NCBI GenBank assembly: GCA_006218035.1
Contig: VBWC01000010.1
Span: 203,572-267,571 of the forward strand
Origin: Gammaproteobacteria bacterium
GTDB taxonomy: Bacteria > Pseudomonadota > Gammaproteobacteria > VBWC01
Direction of reading: 5' to 3'
Length of the DNA stretch: 64,000 bases
In this document: one piece after another, positions 47,692 to 57,350 of the stretch
Position numbering within the stretch: the stretch's first letter is position 1
Layout: every line of letters starts with the position of its first letter
Program-made: the position numbers and the translations under genes
The notes under the pieces: model-generated
Seen by the model: the letters and a program-made list of their open reading frames with translations, nothing else
The model's database searches: none
Told to the model about the DNA's origin: nothing

Positions 47692-48797
47692 CCGACTAAT
47701 TCCTTCACGACGCTCTCAATATTCTTTTCCGAGTGATTTTCTATCGCATAGCCTCTTGCGGAGCTTCCCATCGACTGGCGAAGTTGCCTGTCGCCAATCA
47801 GTTTCTCAATGTCCCGGCAAAGGGCGGTGAATGATCCTGAGCAGTACCCGATGCTGCGGGATGACAGAATATTATCGGGATCGACATCAAGACTAACCAC
47901 CGGAACCTCGCGCATCCAGGCTTGAATAAAAGTGTTAGGGAAGCCTTCATAACTGCTGGTATTCACGAAAATGTGCGATTGCGCCAGAACGGCGTTTACC
48001 TCTTCCTGAGCAAGCTCTCCAACATAGTCCAGCGAACGTACTTCCTTGATTTTCTGAATAAGCTGTCTACACCACGGCGAATTGTCCGCGCGGCCAATCA
48101 TTATAAATTTTACGTCGACATCTGACTGATATTTCTTGGCGAGATCGATGAATAACTCCGGTCTTTTCATCGGTTTTAAATTGGACACCCATACTACCTT
48201 GACAGGGGTATCCTGTTTTTTCGGTTCGACGGGTACCGGCTGGAAGTTGGGGACGATCCGCGCGGCGGTAACTCCGTAGTGCTTTTTAAGCAACCCTGCT
48301 TGTTGTTCCGTCTGTGCAATAATGCTGGTGCTGTTACGAATGCCGTACTCCAGCGCCTTCTTTTCTATATACCGCGATACGGTATTCGAAGACCTGTTTT
48401 TGTCCATTCGAAACGGCAATACATTCATCTCACTCGAGATATGCCACACCAACTTGCAGTTATTTCTTTTAGCATAGTAAGCCGCTATTCCTGTATAAGC
48501 ACCGCCGACGCGCTGATAAATAACGTGCGGTCGTATTTTATGCAGCGCCGCTAACAATGGTCGCGCATCAAGCAAATTACCAACACGCATGGAAAAGGGG
48601 CTGACATTAATCTGCTCCACCTTGTACCCAGCCGGTTGGAACGCCGGATCGGCTTGTCGAGCAACGTAGGTGATATCGAATCGTGTCTGAGCCACAAGTA
48701 CATCCAGCAATAGTGATATCTGTTGCTCCGACCCGCCAAAACCACCTGTCCAATGACACGGAGACACAATACACAATCGCCTCTCGCCAGACCTCAC
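47688..48797 (-). CDS. Glycosyltransferase, GT4-like.
   Basis: NTSSYEGFPNTFIQAWMREVPVVS (E...G...PVV). There is a 4-bp overlap with the downstream gene. Confidence 0.7.
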   Translation of the reverse strand: MRSGERRLCIVSPCHWTGGFGGSEQQISLLLDVLVAQTRFDITYVARQADPAFQPAGYKVEQINVSPFSMRVGNLLDARPLLAALHKIRPHVIYQRVGGAYTGIAAYYAKRNNCKLVWHISSEMNVLPFRMDKNRSSNTVSRYIEKKALEYGIRNSTSIIAQTEQQAGLLKKHYGVTAARIVPNFQPVPVEPKKQDTPVKVVWVSNLKPMKRPELFIDLAKKYQSDVDVKFIMIGRADNSPWCRQLIQKIKEVRSLDYVGELAQEEVNAVLAQSHIFVNTSSYEGFPNTFIQAWMREVPVVSLDVDPDNILSSRSIGYCSGSFTALCRDIEKLIGDRQLRQSMGSSARGYAIENHSEKNIESVVKELVG

Positions 48798-49193
48798 GGA
48801 TAGCTTCTCCTTAAGTACCTATTTGCCAGTTGAATAAATGCCATTAGGCTTTGAACGGTGTCTGCGACGATACCTAAGCGGGCAGGTTTCAGCGACTAAC
48901 CTGGTCCGGGCGAACCAGAACCAAACATCGCTGCAAGCCGCTAATTTGAAACTTTATGTGGAAAATTATACTACACAGACACTCTTTGTTTATACTTATA
49001 AACAACGGCTTACAGTCATTCGTGGCATCCGGCAACCCGGCTAGGATGGGCGCCAAGGCCTTAATCCTCAAGAACGCCACCGAAGTGACGGACATTTTCC
49101 GTGGACAGCGGGTTCGATATGGCGATAACTGTATTGTCGATCTTGTTGGCTGGCACGAAGATTGCGATGCGACGTAACGTCACATTGCTCCAC

Positions 49194-50912
49194 TTATTGA
49201 TCTCCTAATGCGGTCCTGGAGAACGCGCTCGCGTCGCCATCCAGTATTTCGTGCATTCGACGAATAATGTATACGCGGAATGCCAACAGATAAGGGTCCA
49301 ATAACAAACCCTGATTCCTGATAGAAAGCATCGATCTAATCCGGCGAATAATTCTCTCCCCTTTGTTGCTCGATAGCTTCCCTGACAAGGAGGATTCTTT
49401 CGCCAACAACTCGAGAGCGAACCGACTCAGGACGTCGATACGCTTACTCCCGGCATGCTCCTGACGCAGGCCATTGCGAATGGCAGACGCGACTGTGTCG
49501 CTGCGTAGAATATCGTCTCGCGATTCGATCGCAGCACCTGTCGCGTATCGTATACCCGGACCATTATGCGTGACCATGTGTTTAAACGCGCTCTTATTCG
49601 TCCGCAAACTGTCCGGCATACATCGTACCTGTGTAATGATTTTCCTGGACAGCAGAGGTGCGCTGATTTCGACATAAGAAAGCTTAAGATCGCTGAGCGC
49701 CGCAAATACAAAAGGAAACTCGAATAACGTATTTGCTCTGTCCCGCCATGTTTCGCGACTTTCATCCGGTTGCCTTTCGATATTATGTGGCCATACCTGA
49801 ACGCCCGCCCCGAATTCCTTTTGAAGCATCCCGACATTTTCGAAATCGGATAGCACCTGCATGCCCATGTTTTTGTAGACCTGCCGATCACTTCGTATAG
49901 CGCGACATCCGAAAGCCTCATCACCACGGATAATACCTTGATAACCCCTCTCATATAGAGCTTTCCAAATCGCGAATCCGTCCATATATCCGGAGATGTG
50001 GTCAATTCTCCCTTCGCCAGCGACGAGAAATCGCGTAAAGAGATATTCCACATTCTCATCGGACAAGTCCGTATAGAAGTACTGATGAGGAACGCGATAA
50101 TGACTAGCCAGATCCCTCGCCACACATGCATCGCCGTTCTCATCTGACAGCGCCGCCTTGACGCCCCATGTGACTGTCTTCAGACCAGGCCTGTCCTTCA
50201 ACATCTGGAGTATCGCCCGGCTATCGTAACCGCCAGACAATGGCAGCACCCATCGATCAAAATCCAGATCCAGCCCATCAAAAGTATCCTGGATTGAGTC
50301 TCTGAGACGTTTCTCATGCTCATTCTGCGAACTGCTATCCGCACGGAAAGCAACCGGCGCTCTGTCGAGCTTGAGCTCCCAGCTCTCCCTATCCAGGATG
50401 AGGCGCGCATCCCCTGGAAGACACCGTATTCTTTTGTCCCAGGATAGCTCGGGCCCCAAGGTACCGGACGACAGCATCCAGGGGTAGGCAGTCTCATTTG
50501 GTTGGTAGCTTTGCAGAAAATAAACGATGGCCCGCTGCGAGGTAGCGGCGATAAACAAGTCGTCAGTCTTTACATACCAGATCGTACGCGACGCAAGGAT
50601 ATCCGTCAGAAGCTCGACCGTCTTCTCAGCCCCCCTAAACAACGCGTAGCTGCCATCCGGCGCGTCCGATTCCGGCCGCCACCAGTCGGGGCTGTGACCA
50701 AACAATGTCCCCATGCAAACACTGCATCCCTGGATCCTTAAAGAGTCTGTCGGATTAATAATCCCAAGCAGGATGCCGTCACCTTCAATAACCCTGGGCG
50801 GTACCGGCTTAATATTATCCGGCGTCAACCGCGCCGATAGCGCCGTGATGTGGCGGCCGCCAAACTTGACCGGCGCCCCAATTCGGGTCGTGACAAAAAC
50901 CGCTTTCGACAT
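49194..50912 (-). CDS. Asparagine-synthetase-B-like amidotransferase paralogue without the N-terminal Cys nucleophile.
   Basis: PP-loop LPLSGGYDSRAILQML. The N-terminus is MSKAV... rather than MCG.... Confidence 0.7.
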   Translation of the reverse strand: MSKAVFVTTRIGAPVKFGGRHITALSARLTPDNIKPVPPRVIEGDGILLGIINPTDSLRIQGCSVCMGTLFGHSPDWWRPESDAPDGSYALFRGAEKTVELLTDILASRTIWYVKTDDLFIAATSQRAIVYFLQSYQPNETAYPWMLSSGTLGPELSWDKRIRCLPGDARLILDRESWELKLDRAPVAFRADSSSQNEHEKRLRDSIQDTFDGLDLDFDRWVLPLSGGYDSRAILQMLKDRPGLKTVTWGVKAALSDENGDACVARDLASHYRVPHQYFYTDLSDENVEYLFTRFLVAGEGRIDHISGYMDGFAIWKALYERGYQGIIRGDEAFGCRAIRSDRQVYKNMGMQVLSDFENVGMLQKEFGAGVQVWPHNIERQPDESRETWRDRANTLFEFPFVFAALSDLKLSYVEISAPLLSRKIITQVRCMPDSLRTNKSAFKHMVTHNGPGIRYATGAAIESRDDILRSDTVASAIRNGLRQEHAGSKRIDVLSRFALELLAKESSLSGKLSSNKGERIIRRIRSMLSIRNQGLLLDPYLLAFRVYIIRRMHEILDGDASAFSRTALGDQ

Positions 50913-50988
50913 AAAACTCCCACACGCTCCGATTCCCCCTCGGCATCAAAGGTATCGACAACCGCGAGGTATTCTTAAACATCGACGG

Positions 50989-52755
50989 CTAGGTCTTGAG
51001 GGACTTCGCTGTTTTGTCTACGACCAGAGCACCTGCATCTTCACACAACATGCGATCCATCTCGCAAATTATGTACGCCCGAAACGCCAGCTTGTATAAA
51101 TCCAGCTCGATACTCGACGACGGGCGCCAAAAGCCGGCTACAACGGGCCTTACCGCATCGATAGCCTTTTTGGGCAGAATATTCTTGAGGATCGCCTTCA
51201 AATTCGTATTGGCAGGCCTATAGGGGGAGGCGAGTTGACCATCGCCGAAAATATGATTTTTCAACAGCTGAATTAAATCGGGGGGAAACAGCTTCTCGGC
51301 GCGCGCGCTGAGTAATGTCCCCATGATATGGTCGATCACTCTTGTATCTTTCAAGATATTTGACGACATTTCTATTGCTGGATATTCCGCAAACGGAATG
51401 TCCCTGTTTGCAGCGACAACGATTTTCTTGAACAACATTCTGTCTGTCCGGAGACGATCCGGCATCTTTCGAACGGCGCGAACTATCCTCCTGGACAAGA
51501 GCGGGTTAACAATTTCGACGTAGGAGTTTTTCAAATCATTCAGCGCTGCCATCACGACGGGTATGCGGTAACTTTGATATAAACGATCTCGCCATGCCTC
51601 TAACGACTCCATGTCCCGTCTATCAAATATCGTGGGAAGGTGCTGTTCAAACTGCTCATGCAACGGAACCTTTCCAAGGTTCCGATAATCGCTCAAAAGT
51701 AACAACTCAACGGAACGCCTTACGTCGATCGGATTTGCTACCGGTATCCAGCCGAATACTGAATCTCCGCGGATTACGCCGTAATTACCAGACTCAAAAA
51801 GATGCTTCCATATCGAAAACCCATCCATGTATCCCGATATGTGATCCACGCGACCTTCGCCGGCAACAAGAAATCGCTTGAATATTTCATTCACCGGCTC
51901 ATCAGATAAATCCGTTTCCAAATACTCATGAGGCATCCCGTACTTCTGTGCGAGATCGCGCGCGACGCAGGCATCGCTTTTCTTGTTCGCGAGCGCGGAC
52001 CGCAGGCCCCATGTGATTGCTTTCAGCCCTGACCGACCCCTCAGCATCTGCAGGATCGCGCGGCTGTCGTAACCGCCCGACAACGGCAATATCCACTTAT
52101 CTAAATCCAGATCGAGATGATCGAATGTCTCGCTTATCGCTTTCCGCAGGTTTCTTTCGTGACCTCTATCAGGAAGATTCTCAGCAAAGAAGTTAACCGG
52201 CTCGGCTGATAACTTTGCTGTCCAGGTAATTCGATCGAACATCAGGCGCGCGTCCGGCGGCACGCTTTGAATTCTCTTGTCCCACGACAATCCGGGGCCG
52301 AGAGTTCCCGACGACAACATCCATGTATAAGCGCTGGTGTTCGGCTCGTAGCTTTGAAGAAAATAAACGATGGCGCGTTGCGACGTGGAGGCGATAAACA
52401 GTTCATCCGTTTTCGCATACCAGATCGTCCGAGACGCAACGGTATCGCTCACCAGTTCTACTTGGTATTCGCCACTTCGAAACAACGCGTAGTTACCGTC
52501 TGGCGCATCGGCTCCGGGCATCCACCAATCATCATCTGCGCCGAAGAATGTTCCCAGACATACGCTGCTATTGTTTATTGGTAACGACGCGACCGGATTT
52601 ATGACACAGATCGCGATACCGTGCCCCTCTACCACTAGAGGCTGACGAGCGGTGATATTACCGGGGGTCAGTCGCTTCGATATTTCTTTGATCGCTTGCC
52701 CCATCCGAGGCATTTGATCCGCCGATCGAGAGCATAAAAGTACCAGTTTAGACAT
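50989..52755 (-). CDS. Second AsnB-like amidotransferase paralogue, also without an N-terminal Cys. It is a tandem duplicate of 49194..50912.
   Basis: PP-loop ILPLSGGYDSRAILQML. Strong colinearity with the neighbouring paralogue, for example LFRSGEYQVELVSDTVASRTIWYAKTDELFIASTSQRAIVYFLQSY. Confidence 0.7.
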   Translation of the reverse strand: MSKLVLLCSRSADQMPRMGQAIKEISKRLTPGNITARQPLVVEGHGIAICVINPVASLPINNSSVCLGTFFGADDDWWMPGADAPDGNYALFRSGEYQVELVSDTVASRTIWYAKTDELFIASTSQRAIVYFLQSYEPNTSAYTWMLSSGTLGPGLSWDKRIQSVPPDARLMFDRITWTAKLSAEPVNFFAENLPDRGHERNLRKAISETFDHLDLDLDKWILPLSGGYDSRAILQMLRGRSGLKAITWGLRSALANKKSDACVARDLAQKYGMPHEYLETDLSDEPVNEIFKRFLVAGEGRVDHISGYMDGFSIWKHLFESGNYGVIRGDSVFGWIPVANPIDVRRSVELLLLSDYRNLGKVPLHEQFEQHLPTIFDRRDMESLEAWRDRLYQSYRIPVVMAALNDLKNSYVEIVNPLLSRRIVRAVRKMPDRLRTDRMLFKKIVVAANRDIPFAEYPAIEMSSNILKDTRVIDHIMGTLLSARAEKLFPPDLIQLLKNHIFGDGQLASPYRPANTNLKAILKNILPKKAIDAVRPVVAGFWRPSSSIELDLYKLAFRAYIICEMDRMLCEDAGALVVDKTAKSLKT

Positions 52756-52805
52756 TACGTAACATCGAACACCTGATAATTATCGTTGAATTGCTCCATC
52801 GCCTT

Positions 52806-54737
52806 TTAAGTAATCATTTCGCCTTCGTCTTTGATCCACTTCTGATACCACATCTGAAACACCAGAATCGTCCACACGATGTTGTATTCGGAACCGTCCT
52901 TGAGATATCTGTTCTTCAGGTAAGTCACATATTCCACGTCAAAAAAGCCGTGCTCTCTCAGTCGCGGTTCTTCAAGATGATACAAAAGCAGTTTTGACAA
53001 ATCGCCACGAAGCCATTTGTAAACAGGGACGCCAAACCCCTTCTTGGGCCTGTCCATCATCGCCGAGGGGACGTGCCTATGTACGATTTTCTTTAAAATC
53101 TTTTTCCGGTTCCCGCGACCATACTTATACGATAAAGGTAACCGCGCCGCGAACTCGATGATCCTGTGATCCAGAAGTGGTTCGCGGCCTTCCAGGCTCA
53201 CCGACATCGTGGCCCGATCAACCTTGGTCAATACGTCATCTACCATGTAGTTCTGATAGTCGATCGCCAGACTCTTGGTGATATCATCGATACCGCCGCT
53301 TAATTTGGTGGCGTTATTAAAGAACGCGTTTTTCGTATCTACCGTTGTATTGAGTAATCGATAGATCCGGTAATCCGTGCATCTCCCTTGTAGAAAGATA
53401 TCGATTAACTGATCGACAGAGCAGCGCGATCTGAGCTTCCAGAATTGGTTTAATAGAATCTGAACGTGCTTGTTGTAACCACGGTACGATTTGGAGACGT
53501 TCGATAAATAACCTGTGGATGCGTTAAATGATCGCCTTAGCCAGGGCGGATACCTGCGTATCTTATGGTAGTCGTCAACATATTCTTCTGTATGGTCATA
53601 TCCGACGAAGGTCTCATCTCCGCCATCAGCGGATAATGCCACCGTTACGTTCTCTCTCGCCATACGACTAACAAGCATCGTTGGAATGGCAGAGGTATCG
53701 ATAAACGGCTCATCATAGTAATACGGCAGCGTCGACACGATCTCTTTTGCGTCCGCCTCGGAACAGTAATATTCGGTATGATCAGTACCGAGATAGGCGG
53801 CGATGGCCTTCGCCTCGTTTGCCTCGTTGTGGCGCTTGTCGTCAAATCCAATCGTAAAGGTCTTCAGCCGGTCGGTCATGTCAGTCTGCAACAACGCAGT
53901 CACCGCAGTGCTGTCATAACCACCGCTCAGGAAAACGCCTACCGGAACGTCTGCGACCATGCGATACCGAAAGGCCGATACCAGCAACTTTTCCATTTCA
54001 TCAACCGCGTCGGGCTCCGAAATATCGAGCAGCGGCATATTGTAATAATCGATAACATCCCAGTATTTTTCTTCTTTTAGGTCCCGGGAATTCAAATCGA
54101 TCGTTAAGTAATGGCCCGGCTTGAGCTTGTAGGTATTCTTGAAGATCGTGTACGGAGCAGGCACGTATCCGAACCTGAAAAACAACGGCAACGCGTCAGC
54201 GTCGATTTCTTTTTTAAAAGCCGCGGTTTGATGAAAGGCCTTGAGCTCCGAAGCGAACAGAAATAAACCGTCTTTATAACTGTAATATAGCGGCTTTACG
54301 CCCGCCCGGTCCCTGAAAAGATACAGCTTCTCTTTTTTTTTGTCGTAGATGATGAATGCGAACATGCCGATCAGCTTATGTACCGCGTCGACCCCCCATC
54401 TTATATAAGCCTTCAACAACACCTCAGTGTCGGAGGAAGTGAAAAACGTAAAGCCCTCCTTTTTAAGCTCTTCCCGTATTTCAACGTAGTTATATATTTC
54501 GCCATTAAACGCGATTACGTGGTCGCCGCTCTCATCCTTCAACGGCTGCGCAGCACCGGCGGACAAATCGATAATCGACAATCTCCGGTGCCCCAGACCG
54601 ATATGTGCGTTGTCCACTGGGTAGAACTCGTAACCGGAACCGTCAGGCCCGCGATGCCATAAAACATCGGTCATGCGCCTTAGCTCGTCACGAGTCAGGC
54701 GCTTTCGGAAATCACAGAAACCGGCTATACCGCACAC
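52806..54737 (-). CDS. Asparagine synthetase B-type glutamine-hydrolysing amidotransferase. It is probably an amidotransferase for a sugar or uronic acid, given the context.
   Basis: Canonical MCGIAGF N-terminal nucleophile (class II GATase) and the SGGYDS PP-loop. Confidence 0.85.
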   Translation of the reverse strand: MCGIAGFCDFRKRLTRDELRRMTDVLWHRGPDGSGYEFYPVDNAHIGLGHRRLSIIDLSAGAAQPLKDESGDHVIAFNGEIYNYVEIREELKKEGFTFFTSSDTEVLLKAYIRWGVDAVHKLIGMFAFIIYDKKKEKLYLFRDRAGVKPLYYSYKDGLFLFASELKAFHQTAAFKKEIDADALPLFFRFGYVPAPYTIFKNTYKLKPGHYLTIDLNSRDLKEEKYWDVIDYYNMPLLDISEPDAVDEMEKLLVSAFRYRMVADVPVGVFLSGGYDSTAVTALLQTDMTDRLKTFTIGFDDKRHNEANEAKAIAAYLGTDHTEYYCSEADAKEIVSTLPYYYDEPFIDTSAIPTMLVSRMARENVTVALSADGGDETFVGYDHTEEYVDDYHKIRRYPPWLRRSFNASTGYLSNVSKSYRGYNKHVQILLNQFWKLRSRCSVDQLIDIFLQGRCTDYRIYRLLNTTVDTKNAFFNNATKLSGGIDDITKSLAIDYQNYMVDDVLTKVDRATMSVSLEGREPLLDHRIIEFAARLPLSYKYGRGNRKKILKKIVHRHVPSAMMDRPKKGFGVPVYKWLRGDLSKLLLYHLEEPRLREHGFFDVEYVTYLKNRYLKDGSEYNIVWTILVFQMWYQKWIKDEGEMIT

Positions 54738-54857
54738 AGATAATCCCTTTCAAATATTGACTACACCGGCACTCCGGACTATCCGAAGCGACATGAGAGC
54801 GCCCGCAATATCGCTCAAGAACCAGACGCCTCTATAGGCAAACTTCTGGAACTACCA

Positions 54858-56078
54858 CTACTTACGCCTCAGGCATTCGATGGCATCCCGGTAGACATCC
54901 ACATATTGACGAGCCACGTTTACCCAATCGTATTGTGATGCCACTATCCGCGCTGCCGTGGCCATGTCGCTCCGAACATCACGACGCGCAAACACTTTTA
55001 AGACCGCATCGGCCAACTCCGCCTCATTCGATGGCGCGACCAGGTACCCGTTCTTACCGTCGCTGACAACATCCTTGTTTCCGGAAATATTAGTGGCCAC
55101 GACGGGGATCCCTGCTCCCATCGCTTCAAGTACCGCCAGTGACAGCCCTTCGGAATTGTCATCGGTACCCGCGGATACATAAAGTTCGCTGCTGCATAAC
55201 AATTCGGCAAGATAATCCGGCTCAGCTTGCTGAAGCGATGTTTTTGTTACGCGATTTAGAATATTTTGCGACGGGTTAATTCCCCCGGTAAGAATAACCT
55301 TGCCTTCCATGCCGGCCTCCTTAATCAGGGGCCTCAACACTTCTGTCTTCTCACCAACAATCACCAATCTTGCATGCTGGTCTTGCGCGAGTATTCGTGG
55401 CATCGCCCGAACCAGGTATTCCTGCCCTTTGCGCGGATTATAACGTCCTATCGTCACTATCAGCCGCGCGTCCGGTTCGACTCCGAGCCACTCACGCACA
55501 TTCAGCGTGGCTGCTTGACCGAATCGTTTTAAATCCACGCCGTTCGGCACCAGCCGGATTTTATCAGCGGCGGCTCCTGCCTCGATTAATACATCTCTTA
55601 TCTTCGTACTGATCGCGGTAATACGTTCTGCGGTTTTCAACGCCAGAACAATTTTCTGTCGGAGGCCCGGATCGAGCATGAGGCCGTAGCCGATCTCCGG
55701 AATCGTCTGTATGTCCTCCCCGTGCGGCGTAATGACCAGCGGAATACTCCTGGTTCGTTTTAAACGCGCTGCGGTGTACCCGGTCGGATAGGTGTTGTGC
55801 GCGTGAACGACATCACAGGACCAAAGCGCAGCATCCAGCGCCAGATGCGCCATTGCTACCTGCTCAGGGAACATGCCCCTGAGCGTTGGCCATCGATGGA
55901 CCGGGTAGTTAAACCGCAGCTGGCGGTGCTTCCAGAACCCCGCGGGCCCGACAACCCTGACCTTGTGTCCCAGCGTTAATAATGCATCCGCCAGATAGTG
56001 GATGACGAACTCCCTTCCTCCCAGGGCCGGGAGAAAACTATTCACATATAAAACAATATTGAGTTGACTGCCGTTCAT
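54858..56078 (-). CDS. GT4-family glycosyltransferase.
   Basis: GLSLAVLEAMGAGIPVVATNISGNKDVV. Confidence 0.8.
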   Translation of the reverse strand: MNGSQLNIVLYVNSFLPALGGREFVIHYLADALLTLGHKVRVVGPAGFWKHRQLRFNYPVHRWPTLRGMFPEQVAMAHLALDAALWSCDVVHAHNTYPTGYTAARLKRTRSIPLVITPHGEDIQTIPEIGYGLMLDPGLRQKIVLALKTAERITAISTKIRDVLIEAGAAADKIRLVPNGVDLKRFGQAATLNVREWLGVEPDARLIVTIGRYNPRKGQEYLVRAMPRILAQDQHARLVIVGEKTEVLRPLIKEAGMEGKVILTGGINPSQNILNRVTKTSLQQAEPDYLAELLCSSELYVSAGTDDNSEGLSLAVLEAMGAGIPVVATNISGNKDVVSDGKNGYLVAPSNEAELADAVLKVFARRDVRSDMATAARIVASQYDWVNVARQYVDVYRDAIECLRRK

Positions 56079-56124
56079 CGATACGTCCTTTCACGCCGCG
56101 TTCCATAGTGACACGTGAACAAAA

Positions 56125-57207
56125 CTAAATTAACCTGCCATATAGCGTCGTAACCTGATCCGCAACCCGCTCCCAACTGAGCGCAAGCGCACGTTCGCGG
56201 GCAGCACGCCCCATATCCATTCGTCGAGAATCGTTACCGTACAGGTAATTTATTCCATCAACAAACGAAGAGACGTCCCCTCGTTTCGTCAGAACAGCCG
56301 CGGACTCGTCCACGTAATCGCGTATCCCGACAATGTCGGTCATTATGGTCGGCAGTCCGCACGCCATCGCCTCAAGCAGCGCATTATTAGTAGTTGCATC
56401 CGTTACCGGCATGACAAACAGCTGGGACGATTGATACAACGCCAATAGTTCCTTGTCACTTACCCCATTCAAAAGCGTCACATTATCGAGCCCGGAGAAA
56501 CGACCATACTCGGATGGAGACGTTACCACGACAAACTCTATTTCCTTGCCGCGCAAGATCCTGGCCGCCGCAGTTAAAACGTCAAAATCCCTGAGATGCG
56601 ACCCCACAAACAGGCAGCGAAACTTGTTGCTCTTGGCGGGGGTCGTGGGTGGCTGGAAGTATTGAACGTCGACTCCATGTGGAATATAGTGAATCCGGTC
56701 CTGGCCTACGAGATCTGAAAATATATCCCGCTGCACCGTGGATACTACGACTACCGCGTCCAGTCGTCTGATCGGCCTGGTGTCATAAACGATTCTACGA
56801 AACTTTTCCTGAGGCAAATGGTACGTGCAAACTATCGGCTTCGGTTTGCCAAACTTCTTTAACCGGCCGAGATAGCAATATGAATTCTCCCCGTAGAGAA
56901 AATGAAACACCTGTCCCGCATCTCGCCACCATCGTGCGCCAGCCGCCAACTCACAGATCAAATTACCCCGCTGGTACCACTGCGACCCGGCCTTCCTGAT
57001 AAGTGGCTTTAAGACTTTTGCTACCGCCCGTTGACTGAAAGACCAGTTGACTGGTGGTCTAATGACGTTACAAGGAAGGTAGTCAACCAGCCGGTCATAG
57101 CCGGACGGTCCTGCATGACCGCTCATCCGCATCGAGATTACAACCGCCGAGGGTTCAGCGCGTTGTTGCCTGGCGGGCAATTCATCGCCACTCCGTTCGA
57201 AAGTCAT
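56125..57207 (-). CDS. GT4-family glycosyltransferase.
   Basis: NNALLEAMACGLPTIMTDIVGIRDYV. Confidence 0.75.
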   Translation of the reverse strand: MTFERSGDELPARQQRAEPSAVVISMRMSGHAGPSGYDRLVDYLPCNVIRPPVNWSFSQRAVAKVLKPLIRKAGSQWYQRGNLICELAAGARWWRDAGQVFHFLYGENSYCYLGRLKKFGKPKPIVCTYHLPQEKFRRIVYDTRPIRRLDAVVVVSTVQRDIFSDLVGQDRIHYIPHGVDVQYFQPPTTPAKSNKFRCLFVGSHLRDFDVLTAAARILRGKEIEFVVVTSPSEYGRFSGLDNVTLLNGVSDKELLALYQSSQLFVMPVTDATTNNALLEAMACGLPTIMTDIVGIRDYVDESAAVLTKRGDVSSFVDGINYLYGNDSRRMDMGRAARERALALSWERVADQVTTLYGRLI

Positions 57208-57350
57208 TGTCTTAGAATCGGCATATAAACATTGTCAGCCAATGGTCCGTACGATCCGGACCAACGGCCGAGAAAACCCGTAACATACCGCGCGCCATAT
57301 CCCGACCCAAACCGCGCGGACCTTGCGAGGGGCCGCAAATACATCACGCA

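Noticed and set aside
49427-50143. 238-aa minus-strand ORF nested out of frame in the AsnB-like gene. Matching small ORFs 49474..49677 and 51323..51523 look similar to each other.
   Set aside because: The similarity between them simply reflects the paralogy of the two AsnB-like genes read in an alternative frame. There are no independent coding signals.
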